A program made the position numbers and the translations under genes. Source: Mustelus asterias (lineage: Eukaryota). From it: a stretch of DNA of 64,000 nucleotides. The stretch is taken from positions 372,001-436,000 of the forward strand of contig NW_027590151.1 of assembly GCF_964213995.1 (NCBI RefSeq), given 5' to 3'. Shown piece after piece: positions 24,111-34,569 of this stretch; the stretch's first letter is position 1, and the number at the start of each line of letters is the position of its first letter. The notes beneath the pieces are model-generated. The model was not told the DNA's origin. It did no database searches and saw only the letters and a list, made by a program, of their open reading frames with translations.

Positions 24111-24252
24111 ATTTTGTGAGATGGAGACTATCGTAACCTCTCCTGAGCGCTGTCTTTTCGTGATTTTTTGTAATCCTAAGCAGCTACGCTTCCCACTGAT
24201 TCCTTCACCTCTTGGTTCCCTGACTTTCCCTTCCCCACCCCCCCCCCAATCT

Positions 24253-25208
24253 CTAGTTTAAAGTCCTATTGACCACCCTATTTACTCTCTTCGCCAGAAC
24301 ACTGATCCCAGCTCGGTCCAGGTGGAGACCATCCCAACGGTATAGGTCCCCCCGCCCCAAAACTGATGCCAGTGTCCCATGAAAAAGAACCCCTCTTTCC
24401 CACACCACTCTTTCAGCCACGTGTTAACTTCCCTTATCCTTGCCTCCCTATGCCAATTAGCACGTGGCTCGGGCAGTAATCCGGAGATTATGACCCTTGA
24501 GGACCTGTTTTTTAATTTGAATCCTAGCTCTTTATAATCTCTAAACAGGTCCTCTTTCCTAGACTTGCCTATGTTGTTGGTACCAACATGGACCACAACA
24601 ACTGGATCCTCCCCCTCCCTCTCCAGTATCCTTTCAAGCCGGTCAGAGATGTCCCGCACCCTAGCACCGGGCAGGCAACATACCATGCGGGACACTCTAT
24701 CCTGCTCACAAAGGATACTATCTATCCCCCTGATAATAGAATCCCCTACAACTACAACTTGCCTATTTACTTCCTCCCCTTGAATGGCCTGCTGAACCAT
24801 GGTGCCTTGGTCAGCTGACTCATCCTTCCTGCAGCCCTGTTTGCCATCCACACAGGGAGCAAGTGCCTCGTACCTGTTGGACAGGGTCAAGGGCTGAGGC
24901 TCCTGAGTTCCTGACTGCTGGTTCCCTTTACCTGCCTGACTTGCAGTCACACCCTGCTGTCCCTGGCCACTGGCAGGATTTAAACTATTTACTCTGACAG
25001 GTGTGACTGCCTCCTGAAACACAGTGTCCAGGTAAGTCTCCCCCTCCCGGATGTGCCTCAGTGTTTGAAGCTCAGACTCCAGCTCAACAACTCTGAGCCG
25101 GAGTTTTTCAAGCAGCCAACACTTACTGCAGATGTGGTCGCTGTAGCTCGCAATGGGATCTGCCAGCTCCCACATCAAGCAGCTCAAGCACATCACCTGA
25201 CCAGCCAT
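24253..25208 (-). CDS. CR1 ORF1: N-terminal Cys motif/coiled coil + SGNH esterase; 1-nt frameshift near 24350
   Basis: CLSC..CSKC; VGDSI, HVGTNN; the DLYRWDGLHL..VNRTLN* end resumes in another frame after a G-run. Confidence 0.85.
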
Positions 25209-25722
25209 CTCTAATTAATTAATTAGTTTAATTTAAGTTTACGAGTTTAGCTGTGTTTTTTTTAAATTTGGGGCAGATTTGCTATCAACCAATCAGATCA
25301 CAGCTTCCCTCTGACGTCACTTTTGAAGAAAGAAAAAGTGGAAAACAGGACGTTACCGTTAGGTTTTTATACTCACCCAGAGACTGCTCCTCCTCCTCCG
25401 AACAGCTCCCGAAACTAGTCTATTACTGACTTTATTAACAGCACTGCAATAATACAGGGTAATTCCAAATTAGTTCCATTCCTTAATGAAGTATTTAAAT
25501 GATGGCATCCATTTGTATTTCAGAGTCAGTAACATAGGAATGGTGTACTGGTCTTTAATTTCGATACAATTTTAATTCAATGTTCCTTCTTTCAATATCC
25601 TTTCCACCACTTCCCCGTTACCTGATTAATTTGAGATACCAGCAGGCACAATGTAAATCACAGTTGCTGTGGGCAATTGACGTGTTTGTGGCGTCAGTTT
25701 CCGAATATCAGGGCATCGCAGC

Positions 25723-25795
25723 GTTGCTGTAGTGTAGTGGGTATCACGGTCGCTTTACACGCAAAAGGGTTCCTGTTGGATCTGGGGCAGGAATA
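25723..25795 (+). pseudogene. tRNA-Val pseudogene
   Basis: gttgctgtagtgtagtgggtatcacggtcgctttacacgc..; T-arm degenerate; flank matches the 61336-61407 copy. Confidence 0.65.
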
Positions 25796-26059
25796 TTTAC
25801 CAGAAAAACAGAAATTTCTGGAAAAACTCAGCCGGTATGATAGCATCCGTGGGGAGAGAGTGGAACCAACATTTCAAGTCTGGATGACCCTTCGTCAGAC
25901 TTCTTGATTCGACACAATGGCTCGATTCTCTCATCATAAGTGCTGGCAGACCTGCTGAGATTTTCCATTATTTTCTGTTTGTGTTTCAGGTTCCAGCATC
26001 AGTAGTACTTTATTTTTACAAAAACATTTCCAAATGTTATCAATTTCAGAGTGATTGGG

Positions 26060-26330
26060 CTTTCAGAATTTTTCGCACATTTGTCACGAAACTGACCTGT
26101 GAATCATTTTCAAACAACGAACGTTGCAGTACAATTATCACTTTCGCTTCCGATGGTTCGAAACAGGAAAGAAATATTTCCAAATACTTTACAATTCGGA
26201 GTGAGGGAAAAGTTTCGTAATTCAGCGGCAGTGTAAACGGTAAAATCTGACCTATTACCAGACAGATTTTACCTTGCAACAACATCTCAATCGTTCGTAC
26301 TTTGCAGTCTTAATTCACAAGAGATGTTCC
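26060..26330 (+). repeat. Partial copy of the tRNA-cluster spacer unit (cf. 41720-41810, 44630-44820, 53130-53320)
   Basis: ttatcactttcgcttccgatggttc.aaac..gagtgagggaaa..aaaatctgacc shared. Confidence 0.7.
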
Positions 26331-26437
26331 ACACCCACGCTGCACCACTATCCAAAGCACCGCGTTGCTTTCAAAGGCAATCTCTCCTCTTAAAATGTTG
26401 CACACTCTCACTCGATGATGGTGAAATGTGACAGACA

Positions 26438-26704
26438 NNNNNNNNNNNNNNNNNNNNNNNNNNNNNNNNNNNNNNNNNNNNNNNNNNNNNNNNNNNNNNN
26501 NNNNNNNNNNNNNNNNNNNNNNNNNNNNNNNNNNNNNNNNNNNNNNNNNNNNNNNNNNNNNNNNNNNNNNNNNNNNNNNNNNNNNNNNNNNNNNNNNNNN
26601 NNNNNNNNNNNNNNNNNNNNNNNNNNNNNNNNNNNNNNNNNNNNNNNNNNNNNNNNNNNNNNNNNNNNNNNNNNNNNNNNNNNNNNNNNNNNNNNNNNNN
26701 NNNN
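26438..26704. other. Assembly gap (N run)
   Basis: 267 Ns. Confidence 1.
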
Positions 26705-26798
26705 CGGATGAATGGATGGGCGGATGGACGGGCCAACGGACGGATGGATGGATGAGGAGAGGGAGAAGGACGGACGGAGGAATGAACGGACGGAAAGG
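26705..26798. repeat. (GGAT/GGAC)n microsatellite
   Basis: Degenerate tetranucleotide array abutting the gap. Confidence 0.85.
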
Positions 26799-26843
26799 AA
26801 CATTTCACTGACTGAGAATAAGTAACATTCACCTTAGTTCAGC

Positions 26844-29550
26844 CTATGCGCAAAATTTTAAAAAATTAACAAATTGTTTGAGTGGATATTTCACCAAATT
26901 CTTTAACTCGGCTCTGATTTTACTCTGGGTCCCAGCATAAATCAATGGGTTGATGCAGGAACACAAAAACAGAAGCATATATCCAGTTTCCTCAAGATTA
27001 AATGTATTATTGAAACCAGAACCTGAGAAATAAGTAACTTTCGCAATTCGGACATAGATGATAGTTATAAAAAATAACAAGTATAACAGGATGAAATTTC
27101 CTGAAATGGTGAAGAGTAAAACAATGGACTTTTTCCGCTTCTCCACCTCTGGGTCACTCTGATTCTTTCCATTGTTCTGGGCCCGGAGTCTCCTGCGGGC
27201 TCTATTGGCCGCTAGAATGTGTCTTACAGTAAGAGCATTCAGCAGCAAAATCAAAATGAATGGAAGGATAGGAGTTACAATACAACGCATCAAGTCATAA
27301 GCAGCCCAGAAAGGGGATGTGTAAAATATTAACTTTACATTGCAGAACCAGGGTACATCGTCAATTATGTACAGGGGTTCATAAACAAAGTACACAAAGA
27401 CATTTTTTACACAGGCGAGTGTGGACACGATTCCAATGACCCACGTGGCCACATTTTCATTACAATATTTAACTTTGAGCTTCTGGCAACAAATAGCCAC
27501 AAATCTATCAAACGTGAAAGCGACGGTTAACCAGACAGAGTTGTCCATGGCGGTAGAATGTAGGACTGTACGGACGCTGCAAACTGGTGTGACAGACAAG
27601 AAGCTCAATGGAAAAAAGATTCCCGCAATCCGGTTTAATATTACAGCAGATATTATGTGCAGGAGATCCACCACCGCTATGGAAACAAGGTAATACGTGA
27701 TACATCTGGAGAGACCACAACTTTTTCTTGCGAGGACCATAATCACTGCTGTGTTAGCTGTAATAGAGGGAAAGAGATTGTGAGAATTTGTGCATGACGA
27801 AGCATGGGAAGTGGAACATTCATCGCAACAAAACAATCCATGATGTTGAATTCTGTGTGATAGGTGCAACATTTATACCTGATCTCAGGGACACTTGTTT
27901 CTGCTTATTAACAATATCTTTATTAATAATAAGGAATGTTAACGAAAGTGATTGCATTTTTAATGAGAACTGTGAGAGGAATAATGCGAAATGGAAAGCA
28001 TATCAAAACCAAAACTGAATAATTAAATGCACAATACAATGACATGTAAACAACTAATTAAAACATATTGGAGAAGATGAATTGGAAAATATCCAATAAT
28101 AAGTGCGGAAGTTAATATGGTCGCGGATTATATTTCAATGGGTATTAAATATGGCTCCATGAATGACAGCAAAATTATTTACTTTTGGAAACGTTTGCAG
28201 TGAATTTTCTCGAATAAATCCTCAAACAAAGGCAAATAAAAGGACAATTGTTAGCAGTTGTCGGAACTTGCAGATTTAGGAAGCAGCGCCAAGACTGAAT
28301 TGTATCCCTGATAATCATCTGAAATATCCGGTGAAATATAAAACGAGAGATTTAACGAGTTATTTTGCTTGACTCTTTGCAGAGAACAGAACAATTTGAA
28401 ACGATACTGGGTTCTGGGACAGAAAGGAATCAAGCAATCAGGAGCAGCAAATGTGAAATAGGATTCCCGGGCGGAGCCAATGAGTGTTTGGCACTGGGAG
28501 CAGGCACAAATTGTTGTGAGTTCGGGATTAATAACAATCATTCATCAAAGGATAACTATTTGCATTATTTCAGCCTTCTACATATCCATCCCTGACGTTC
28601 GGCCAGAACATCCCATCCATGCCCTTCTGTCTGCCCTGTCCCTGCAATCCCGCGCATTTACCATTGCTAATCCAACTAACATACACGTCCATGGGCATTA
28701 AGGTGCTTCTTTACGCGGCAAATCTACATAACTTGCGCAGTTTTGTATTCTGGGCACCTGGAGAAAACCCTCACGCACACATGCGAAGAATATGCAAACT
28801 CCACTCAGACAACACATCTCTGGAATTGACCCCCTGTTTATTGTGCTATGAGGCAGCAGTGCCAACCACAGTGTACCTCTGCTGCTCAGTTTGAGAATTC
28901 GCCCAGAGGAATATTGTCAACGCCAACACAACAATCATAATAACTTTATAAACAACAAACATAAATAACAAAACATAAATAACAACATTGAATTGTGTTT
29001 AACCATTATAACAGAACGGAAATGTAAATCAGAATGAGTAACACAATAAAACCTCGACTGTCAGATGTTACTGGTGAATGGGACAGGTTATATTACCAAT
29101 TGATGAAATGGTACCTGTCACAGCACGGTTGTATAAGGTTAACACGGTGAAACCATGTATTTAATGTGAAGGAACTACGGTAGGAAAGACGTAAAATTAT
29201 ACCGTTAAATTTGTAGAATTTATGGAATGAACATCGAAAAATTATGTCAGGGAATAGCTAAATTATAATGCCAAATAAGGAATTGTCTACTGAAGTAGAA
29301 ACGGGACATTTTCGAGGAATACGTTAAAGGGCAGAAAACAGAACATTGACGGGGAAACCTATATCCCTTTCAATGAGAGGAGGAACTTGGTGCTGTTGAG
29401 ATAAGGTGGTAATAAAGTGGATGAATTAATGCAACCAAACAATATTTTTCGGCAGCAACTAAATAACTGAGATATTTTACCTGAAACTCCGATAGCTGCT
29501 ATGACTGGATAATAAATGGCAAATACCAGACCTTCTGGTATTCCATGCAT
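26844..29550 (-). CDS. Class A GPCR, GPR139/GPR142-like orphan receptor, 327 aa; exon 1 29481-29550, exon 2 26844-27757
   Basis: Exon 1 MHGIPEGLVFAIYYPVIAAIGVS + phase-1 GT donor; ccctctattacag acceptor; spliced IGVSAN (TM1), YLVSIAVVDLL (TM2), SVWLTVAFTFDRFVAIC (TM3), PILPF..LN (TM5), CINPLIY (TM7); no internal stops. Confidence 0.9.
28630..28885 (-). mobile_element. Degenerate HE1-like SINE in the GPCR intron
   Basis: tgcaaactccac..tgctatgaggcagcagtgccaaccac on the plus strand. Confidence 0.65.
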
Positions 29551-29600
29551 TTCTTCCAGAAGCGCTGATCGTGGTCTGCACTACATTGAAAAATTGTCAC

Positions 29601-29663
29601 ATTTATACGCGATGTCATGCTCCAGGGAGATAATTAGGTTGCTTGATCTTTCGCATTAATTAA
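29601..29663 (-). promoter_or_regulatory. GPCR promoter: TATA box, O/E (EBF) site and two homeodomain sites
   Basis: TATAAAT 29601-29607; CTCCAGGGA (YYYCARRRR) 29620-29628; TAATTA 29631-29636; CATTAATTAA 29654-29663. Confidence 0.6.
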
Positions 29664-29694
29664 ATTTAAAAGAACAAAGAGATTATTGCAACAA

Positions 29695-29793
29695 CGGCAA
29701 GGTGACACAATGGTTAGCACTGTTGCCTCACAGCGCCAGGGACCCGGGTCCAATTCCGGCCTCCGGTCACTGTCTGTGTGGAGTTTGCACATT
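29695..29793 (+). mobile_element. HE1-like SINE 5' part, truncated
   Basis: ggtgacacaatggttagcactgttgcctcacagcgccagggacccggg..gagtttgcacatt. Confidence 0.85.
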
Positions 29794-29794
29794 G

Positions 29795-29886
29795 TAACCC
29801 GAACCCTAACTCTAACCTTGACACTAAAACTAACCCCAACCCGAAATAACTAACTAACCCGAAACCTAACATTAACCCTAACCCTC
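29795..29886 (+). repeat. Degenerate telomere-like (CCCTAA)n tract
   Basis: taacccgaaccctaactctaacc..taaccctaaccct. Confidence 0.65.
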
Positions 29887-29909
29887 GGTGACATAAAGCC
29901 AATAAAAAA

Positions 29910-31610
29910 AACAAGAATACGGACTTTAAAAAGGGGAAAGGAAAGAATCCAAAATGAAACAAAGAAAATATTCCACCACTTAAAAAGCAAATAGTCTCGT
30001 CGACAGAGAATAATCTCTCCCTAAGCTACAGACAAAAAGATTCATTGCATCCCCCAGAACACAACACCACCCAGATGATACGAAGCACCCACCCCCACGC
30101 ACCCCCCCCCCCACAGCACTACACGTACCCAAAACCATCAAAAAGACACCCTGCCCCACAAATAAAACCCCACTACCCAAGCCCAACACCATTACAAAAG
30201 ATGTCCCACCAACCCTCTGCTTGGTTCACCTCGACCCTCCCACTTTCCCCCTCACGAATCAATAAGAAAAACCAGGAAGAAGCTTCGCTCCCTTACCCTC
30301 CACGCTCCTGACCAGACCATATACAAGGACGAGAGGCAACCACACTTGAAGACTTATTGACTGCCAGACACTGCCAAAGCCTCCAAAAAGAGACCAAGAG
30401 ACCACCACTGGCACAGAATATCACAGAGGGAAAAAGGAATATCCCTCCCCCACAAATACCAGGAATGCAACGCAAGGACTGAACCAGGAACCAAAATATT
30501 AAAAGAGGTTACCACACAGGGCATAAGGGGACAACAGAGATTCGAAAGCAGAACCAAAAAAACAAACACCCGCCCATCCAAGCAAAAAACATCCTCAACC
30601 CGCCCTAACCACAGAACCATAGATTGAGGGAACACAAAACTGAGAACACAGCACACCGTTTCCCTGTCAGTCAATGATTGGGAGGGGGTGAATTCAAAAC
30701 CCACAGAGAACCAATGCGTTTCAACAGCTTCCTGTCACTCCAGGACAAGAATTGGCGCTATTTAAGCCCATATGCAGGACAGGTAGAGAGGGGAAACTTC
30801 CATTACCCGCAGAGGTAGCACGGAACACGAGCTGAACACAGAACACTCACTCGCCCCAAAATTGCTGGACGACACACTATCCCAAAAGGCCACGAAAAGC
30901 ACACGAAGGACAGTGAGAACAACTCTCCCTTCCCTTGATGAAGCGTAAGGAAGCAGCGAAACCGGTCGGGATGCAAGCTAAATAAGCAAGATTAAACCCC
31001 AGTTGGGTCTCTACTGGGGAGGAAAGGTAAGAATGGCCAGACACCATCCACAGCCAGCCTTGGAAGTGGGACGAATGGGAGCTAAATGTACCTCAGCTGG
31101 ACCTGGTCTTGACACCCTACAGCCCTCGGGTGAGTGAACTTTCCACATCCACACATAAATAAAGACTCTCAGACCGTGTGCCCTGGACACGGTCCGCGGA
31201 TTGACATAGGTTCACCTTAATCAATGGGGCTAATCCAAAACACATAGGGACCTAAAAGAACGGTAGAAATAATCGACTCGGCGAAGTGTAAACCACTAAA
31301 ACAAAATATAAATCTGTATTTCTTTCCAGTAAGATATAAAATGCAGGACACAATGGCCACATGGCGACTCTGTACAATCCACGGGCAGATCTCGGAAAAA
31401 TATCAATCATTAAGTATTCAATCACCCGAATCAGTAGGACAAACCTGGACACAGGATAGCTTGTCCCAACTAACAAACGGGCTCTCCCTTAAACATGCGA
31501 ATGTCTATATTCTTTGAATCACCTTGAACAATGGAACGAACCCTGGTCACAGAATAACACACAATAACTGACAAATGAAAGTCTCCAAAGAAGGGCAACA
31601 ACTAAGCCAC
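29910..31610 (+). mobile_element. Highly decayed L1/Tx1-like LINE ORF2
   Basis: A/C-rich strand; remnants RIRTL..KKIFHHLKS (EN start) and YWGGKVRMAR..EVGRMG (post-RT motif); weak. Confidence 0.4.
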
Positions 31611-31619
31611 TGGATCAAA

Positions 31620-31850
31620 GAACAAAGAACAAAGTACAAAGAACAGTACAGCACAGGAAACAGGCCCCTCGGCCCTCCAAGCCTGCGCCGCTCCCTGGTC
31701 CAACTGGACCAATCGTTTGTATCCCTCCATTCCCAGGCTGCTCATGTGACTATCCAGGTAAGTCTTGAACGATGGCAGCGTGCCTGCCTCCACCACCCTA
31801 CTTGGCAGCGCATTCCAGGCCCCCACGACCCTCTGTGTAAAAAACATCCC
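31620..31850 (-). mobile_element. CR1 3' fragment
   Basis: FFTQRVVGAWNALPSRVVEAGTL; (gaacaaa)n tail. Confidence 0.9.
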
Positions 31851-31896
31851 TCTGAGACTTTAAAATAATAAAATACATGTGAAATCATTAATTTAT

Positions 31897-32160
31897 GGGC
31901 CCGGACGGTGGCACAGTGGTAAGCAGTGCTGTCTCACGGCGTCAGAGACCCGGCTTGACTTGGACCATTAAGCAGAGTTTGCACGTTCTCCCCGTGTCTG
32001 CGTGAGTTTCCTCCAGGTGCTCCGGTTTCCTCCCACACTCCAAAGATGTGTATGTTATGTGGATTGTCCGTGATAAATTCTCCCTCAGTGTACCCGTTCA
32101 CAGTAACTTAATTGCATCGTTAATGTAAGCCTATTGGGACACTAATTAAAAAATAAATAA
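31897..32160 (+). mobile_element. HE1-like SINE
   Basis: ggtggcacagtggtaagcagtgctg..gtttgcacgttctccccgtgtctgcg. Confidence 0.85.
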
Positions 32161-32164
32161 ACGG

Positions 32165-33120
32165 TCACAGAAGTAATTTCTGGACTGCCAAACGTTCTTG
32201 CCTCATGACAAACCCATAAACCACCCAAATAAACGAGGATGCCCCTAGACTCCCTCGCTCCGCCAACCAATGCCTCCACACCAATCCGACACATACCACC
32301 CGAATCCACACAACACCATCCTGCCCACCACAACATAAAACACTCAGAAATAAAAGGTCACTCCATCCCAAGTGGTCCGGGAGCCCCCTCATCCCGTCCA
32401 CCCTTGGAGACACACACGGGAGGCGAAAGTGTCAAGGCATGGGAAGACAACAAACCACCCTTCAAACCACAACATAACCACCAATTTTCTGATCAGGAAA
32501 GCCCCAAGAATTCCCCCCACAACCTCCTGAGCTGCCCTCAGAAGCCCAGCTGCTACCACCAAACCACCCCCCACCCCCCTCCTCCCCCCCCCCCCCCCGT
32601 CCGTCTGCCCAGAAAGCAAAAAGCAGAGTCTCACTCAGCAACAGACACAAAACCTCCCCAGCCAGGAAAGCCACAAAAAACTCTCCAGCGCACACATTAC
32701 CTTAAGATTTACGCCAAACCCACAGAAACACAGAAACCCCAAACTCACCGTCCCCTCCCCCAACACACACGACCTCAACAACTACCTCCCCCCAACCACC
32801 TAAAATACGGCAGAACTCGACCATCACTCTGTCTTCCTCCTCTCCCCCCACAACCCCATCTTAATTCCAGTCACACGAGATTTTAATTGCATTTGACTGC
32901 GTTATTTTAAACACTTTGTCGGCGTCGCCATTCACAACTAACAAGAGTAATCATATTCATTTTTAAAAAAGGAAAAGGTCCAGGAGACAAGAATACAATA
33001 AGCCAAAATATAAGGGCAAGGGATCACAAGGGGCATCAAGGATTGGACGTGGGCTGAAAGCAAAATGGCAAAAAACAAAGAAAAGGGGACATGTCCTTTC
33101 TCTGTCCGACTCCAAAAACC
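32165..33120 (+). mobile_element. Second decayed L1/Tx1-like fragment
   Basis: Same A/C strand bias; weak RT-like remnants (LIAFD, GITRGIK). Confidence 0.3.
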
Positions 33121-33249
33121 TAACCGATGGTTTCCTTCAATCCACAGGAACCACGACTCTCATCGCCCTAATATTTGTTTAAATTGTGAACGATAACTCA
33201 GTGGGTGACATCGGTAGGGAGACTCCCTGCCCTCTGTGTCTTTTCTGAC

Positions 33250-33559
33250 ACTGTGGCACATTAGGTAGCATTGCTGGCTCACAGCGCATTGGTGCAGAAT
33301 TCAATACGGGTCACTGTCTGTGTGGAGTTTGCACATTCCCCCCGTGTCTGCGTGTGTGGAGAGAAACCGAGCTCCCAGCGCACAATGCAAAGGTGTGCGG
33401 GTTAGGTTGATTGACCATGTTGCATTGCCCGCAGTGGCAGGGAGCAAACAGGGAACATATGTGGAGTTACGGGGATAGGGCCTGTGTGGGATTGTTGTTG
33501 GTGCAGACTTGATGGGCCGAATAGCTTCCTTCTGTACTGTAAGGCTATCTATGTTTCTG
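33250..33559 (+). mobile_element. HE1-like SINE with probable tttctg target duplication
   Basis: SINE body; the flanks rejoin to match the uninterrupted paralog at 37760-37790. Confidence 0.8.
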
Positions 33560-33753
33560 CCACTGAGCTCTTGGTATTCTGAGCAATCGTCCTCTGGGGC
33601 TGATGCAATGACGCCAGGAGAGTTATTCGCTGCATCGTCTGCAACGTGATTATGGTGGAATTTGGTGAATTTCTCTCAGTGTACCACGTTCTGAGGATTT
33701 TGATTAAAATGCCCTTGAGTAAAAACAATCAGCGGCTTCAGCAAAGAAAAGCA

Positions 33754-33825
33754 AGATCCCACCAAGATCGAAACTTGAATCGCTGGATTCAGAGTCCAGA
33801 GTTCTGGCCATTACAACACAGAACC
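33754..33825 (-). pseudogene. tRNA-Gln(CTG) pseudogene
   Basis: ggttctgtgttgtaatggccagaactctggactctgaatccagcgattcaagtttcgatcttggtgggatct; D- and T-arm damage. Confidence 0.75.
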
Positions 33826-34024
33826 CAGAAGCCAGCTGCAAGTGGTCACTCAAAGCACGTGACCCCTTTCATTCAATGTGGCAGCAACAGCAGGAAGGTC
33901 AAATCCTTTAAGCGGCCATTTGCAGCCGGCTCCAATGTTGGAGGCTCTCTGGTCCAATGGTGAGCACTCTGAACCAGACTGATCCTTGCTTTTCTTTGAC
34001 GTTGCTGAGGATTGATTTGAATCT

Positions 34025-34352
34025 TAGAAACCCGACAAGCACAGAAAGAGGCCATTTGGCCTATCGAGTCTGCACCGACCACAATCCCACCCAGGCCCTA
34101 CCCCCACATATTTACCCACTAATCCCTCTATCCTACGCATCGCGCGACACTAAGGGCAATTTTAGCATTGCCAATCAACCTAACCCGCATATCTTTGGAA
34201 TGTGGGAGGAAACCAGACTACCCGTAGGAAATCCACGCAGACACGAGGAGAATGTGCAAACTCCACACAGACAGTGACCCAAGCCGGGAATCGAACCCAG
34301 GTCTCTGGAGCTGTGAAGCAGCATTGCTAACCACTGTGCTACCGTGCCGCCC
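34025..34352 (-). mobile_element. HE1-like SINE, full length
   Basis: ggcggcacggtagcacagtggttagcaatgctgcttcacagctccagagacctgggttcgattcccggc. Confidence 0.9.
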
Positions 34353-34569
34353 TATTTGTTGATGGACATTTCGTTTAAATTTCTCACAAAGCAGGAATGC
34401 GGACGACAATTTTGTCAGCCTGTTCAGCTGCTATTACAATGCACACTGCTGAGCCTCTGGCGACAGATGCCTGCAACATCAGTGTTTTTTTTTCATCTTT
34501 TCGCGACTCTTTAATTTTTTTGTTGAAAGAAAGGGGCAGTTGGTGTCACACAACCACAACCATTCACAC

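Larger units (their letters stand above)
21155..25420 (-). mobile_element. Near full-length CR1 LINE (5' UTR, ORF1, ORF2, 3' tail)
   Basis: ORF1 esterase + intact ORF2; 3' cctatgtcttatggtcttat tail; 5' boundary approximate. Confidence 0.95.

Noticed and set aside
26371-26832. ORFs spanning the N run
   Set aside because: Artefacts of the gap and microsatellite
27758-27872. N-terminal 38 aa of the 342-aa ORF in the track
   Set aside because: Intronic read-through. A good acceptor at 27758-27759 and exon 1 at 29481-29550 supply the real TM1.
32239-32886. 215-aa Pro/His-rich ORF
   Set aside because: Stop-poor A/C-rich decayed repeat with no recognisable domain
29910-33120. APOBEC/AID hypermutation as the cause of G depletion
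   Set aside because: T is depleted too, and L1-type sense strands are naturally A/C-rich; untestable without a consensus
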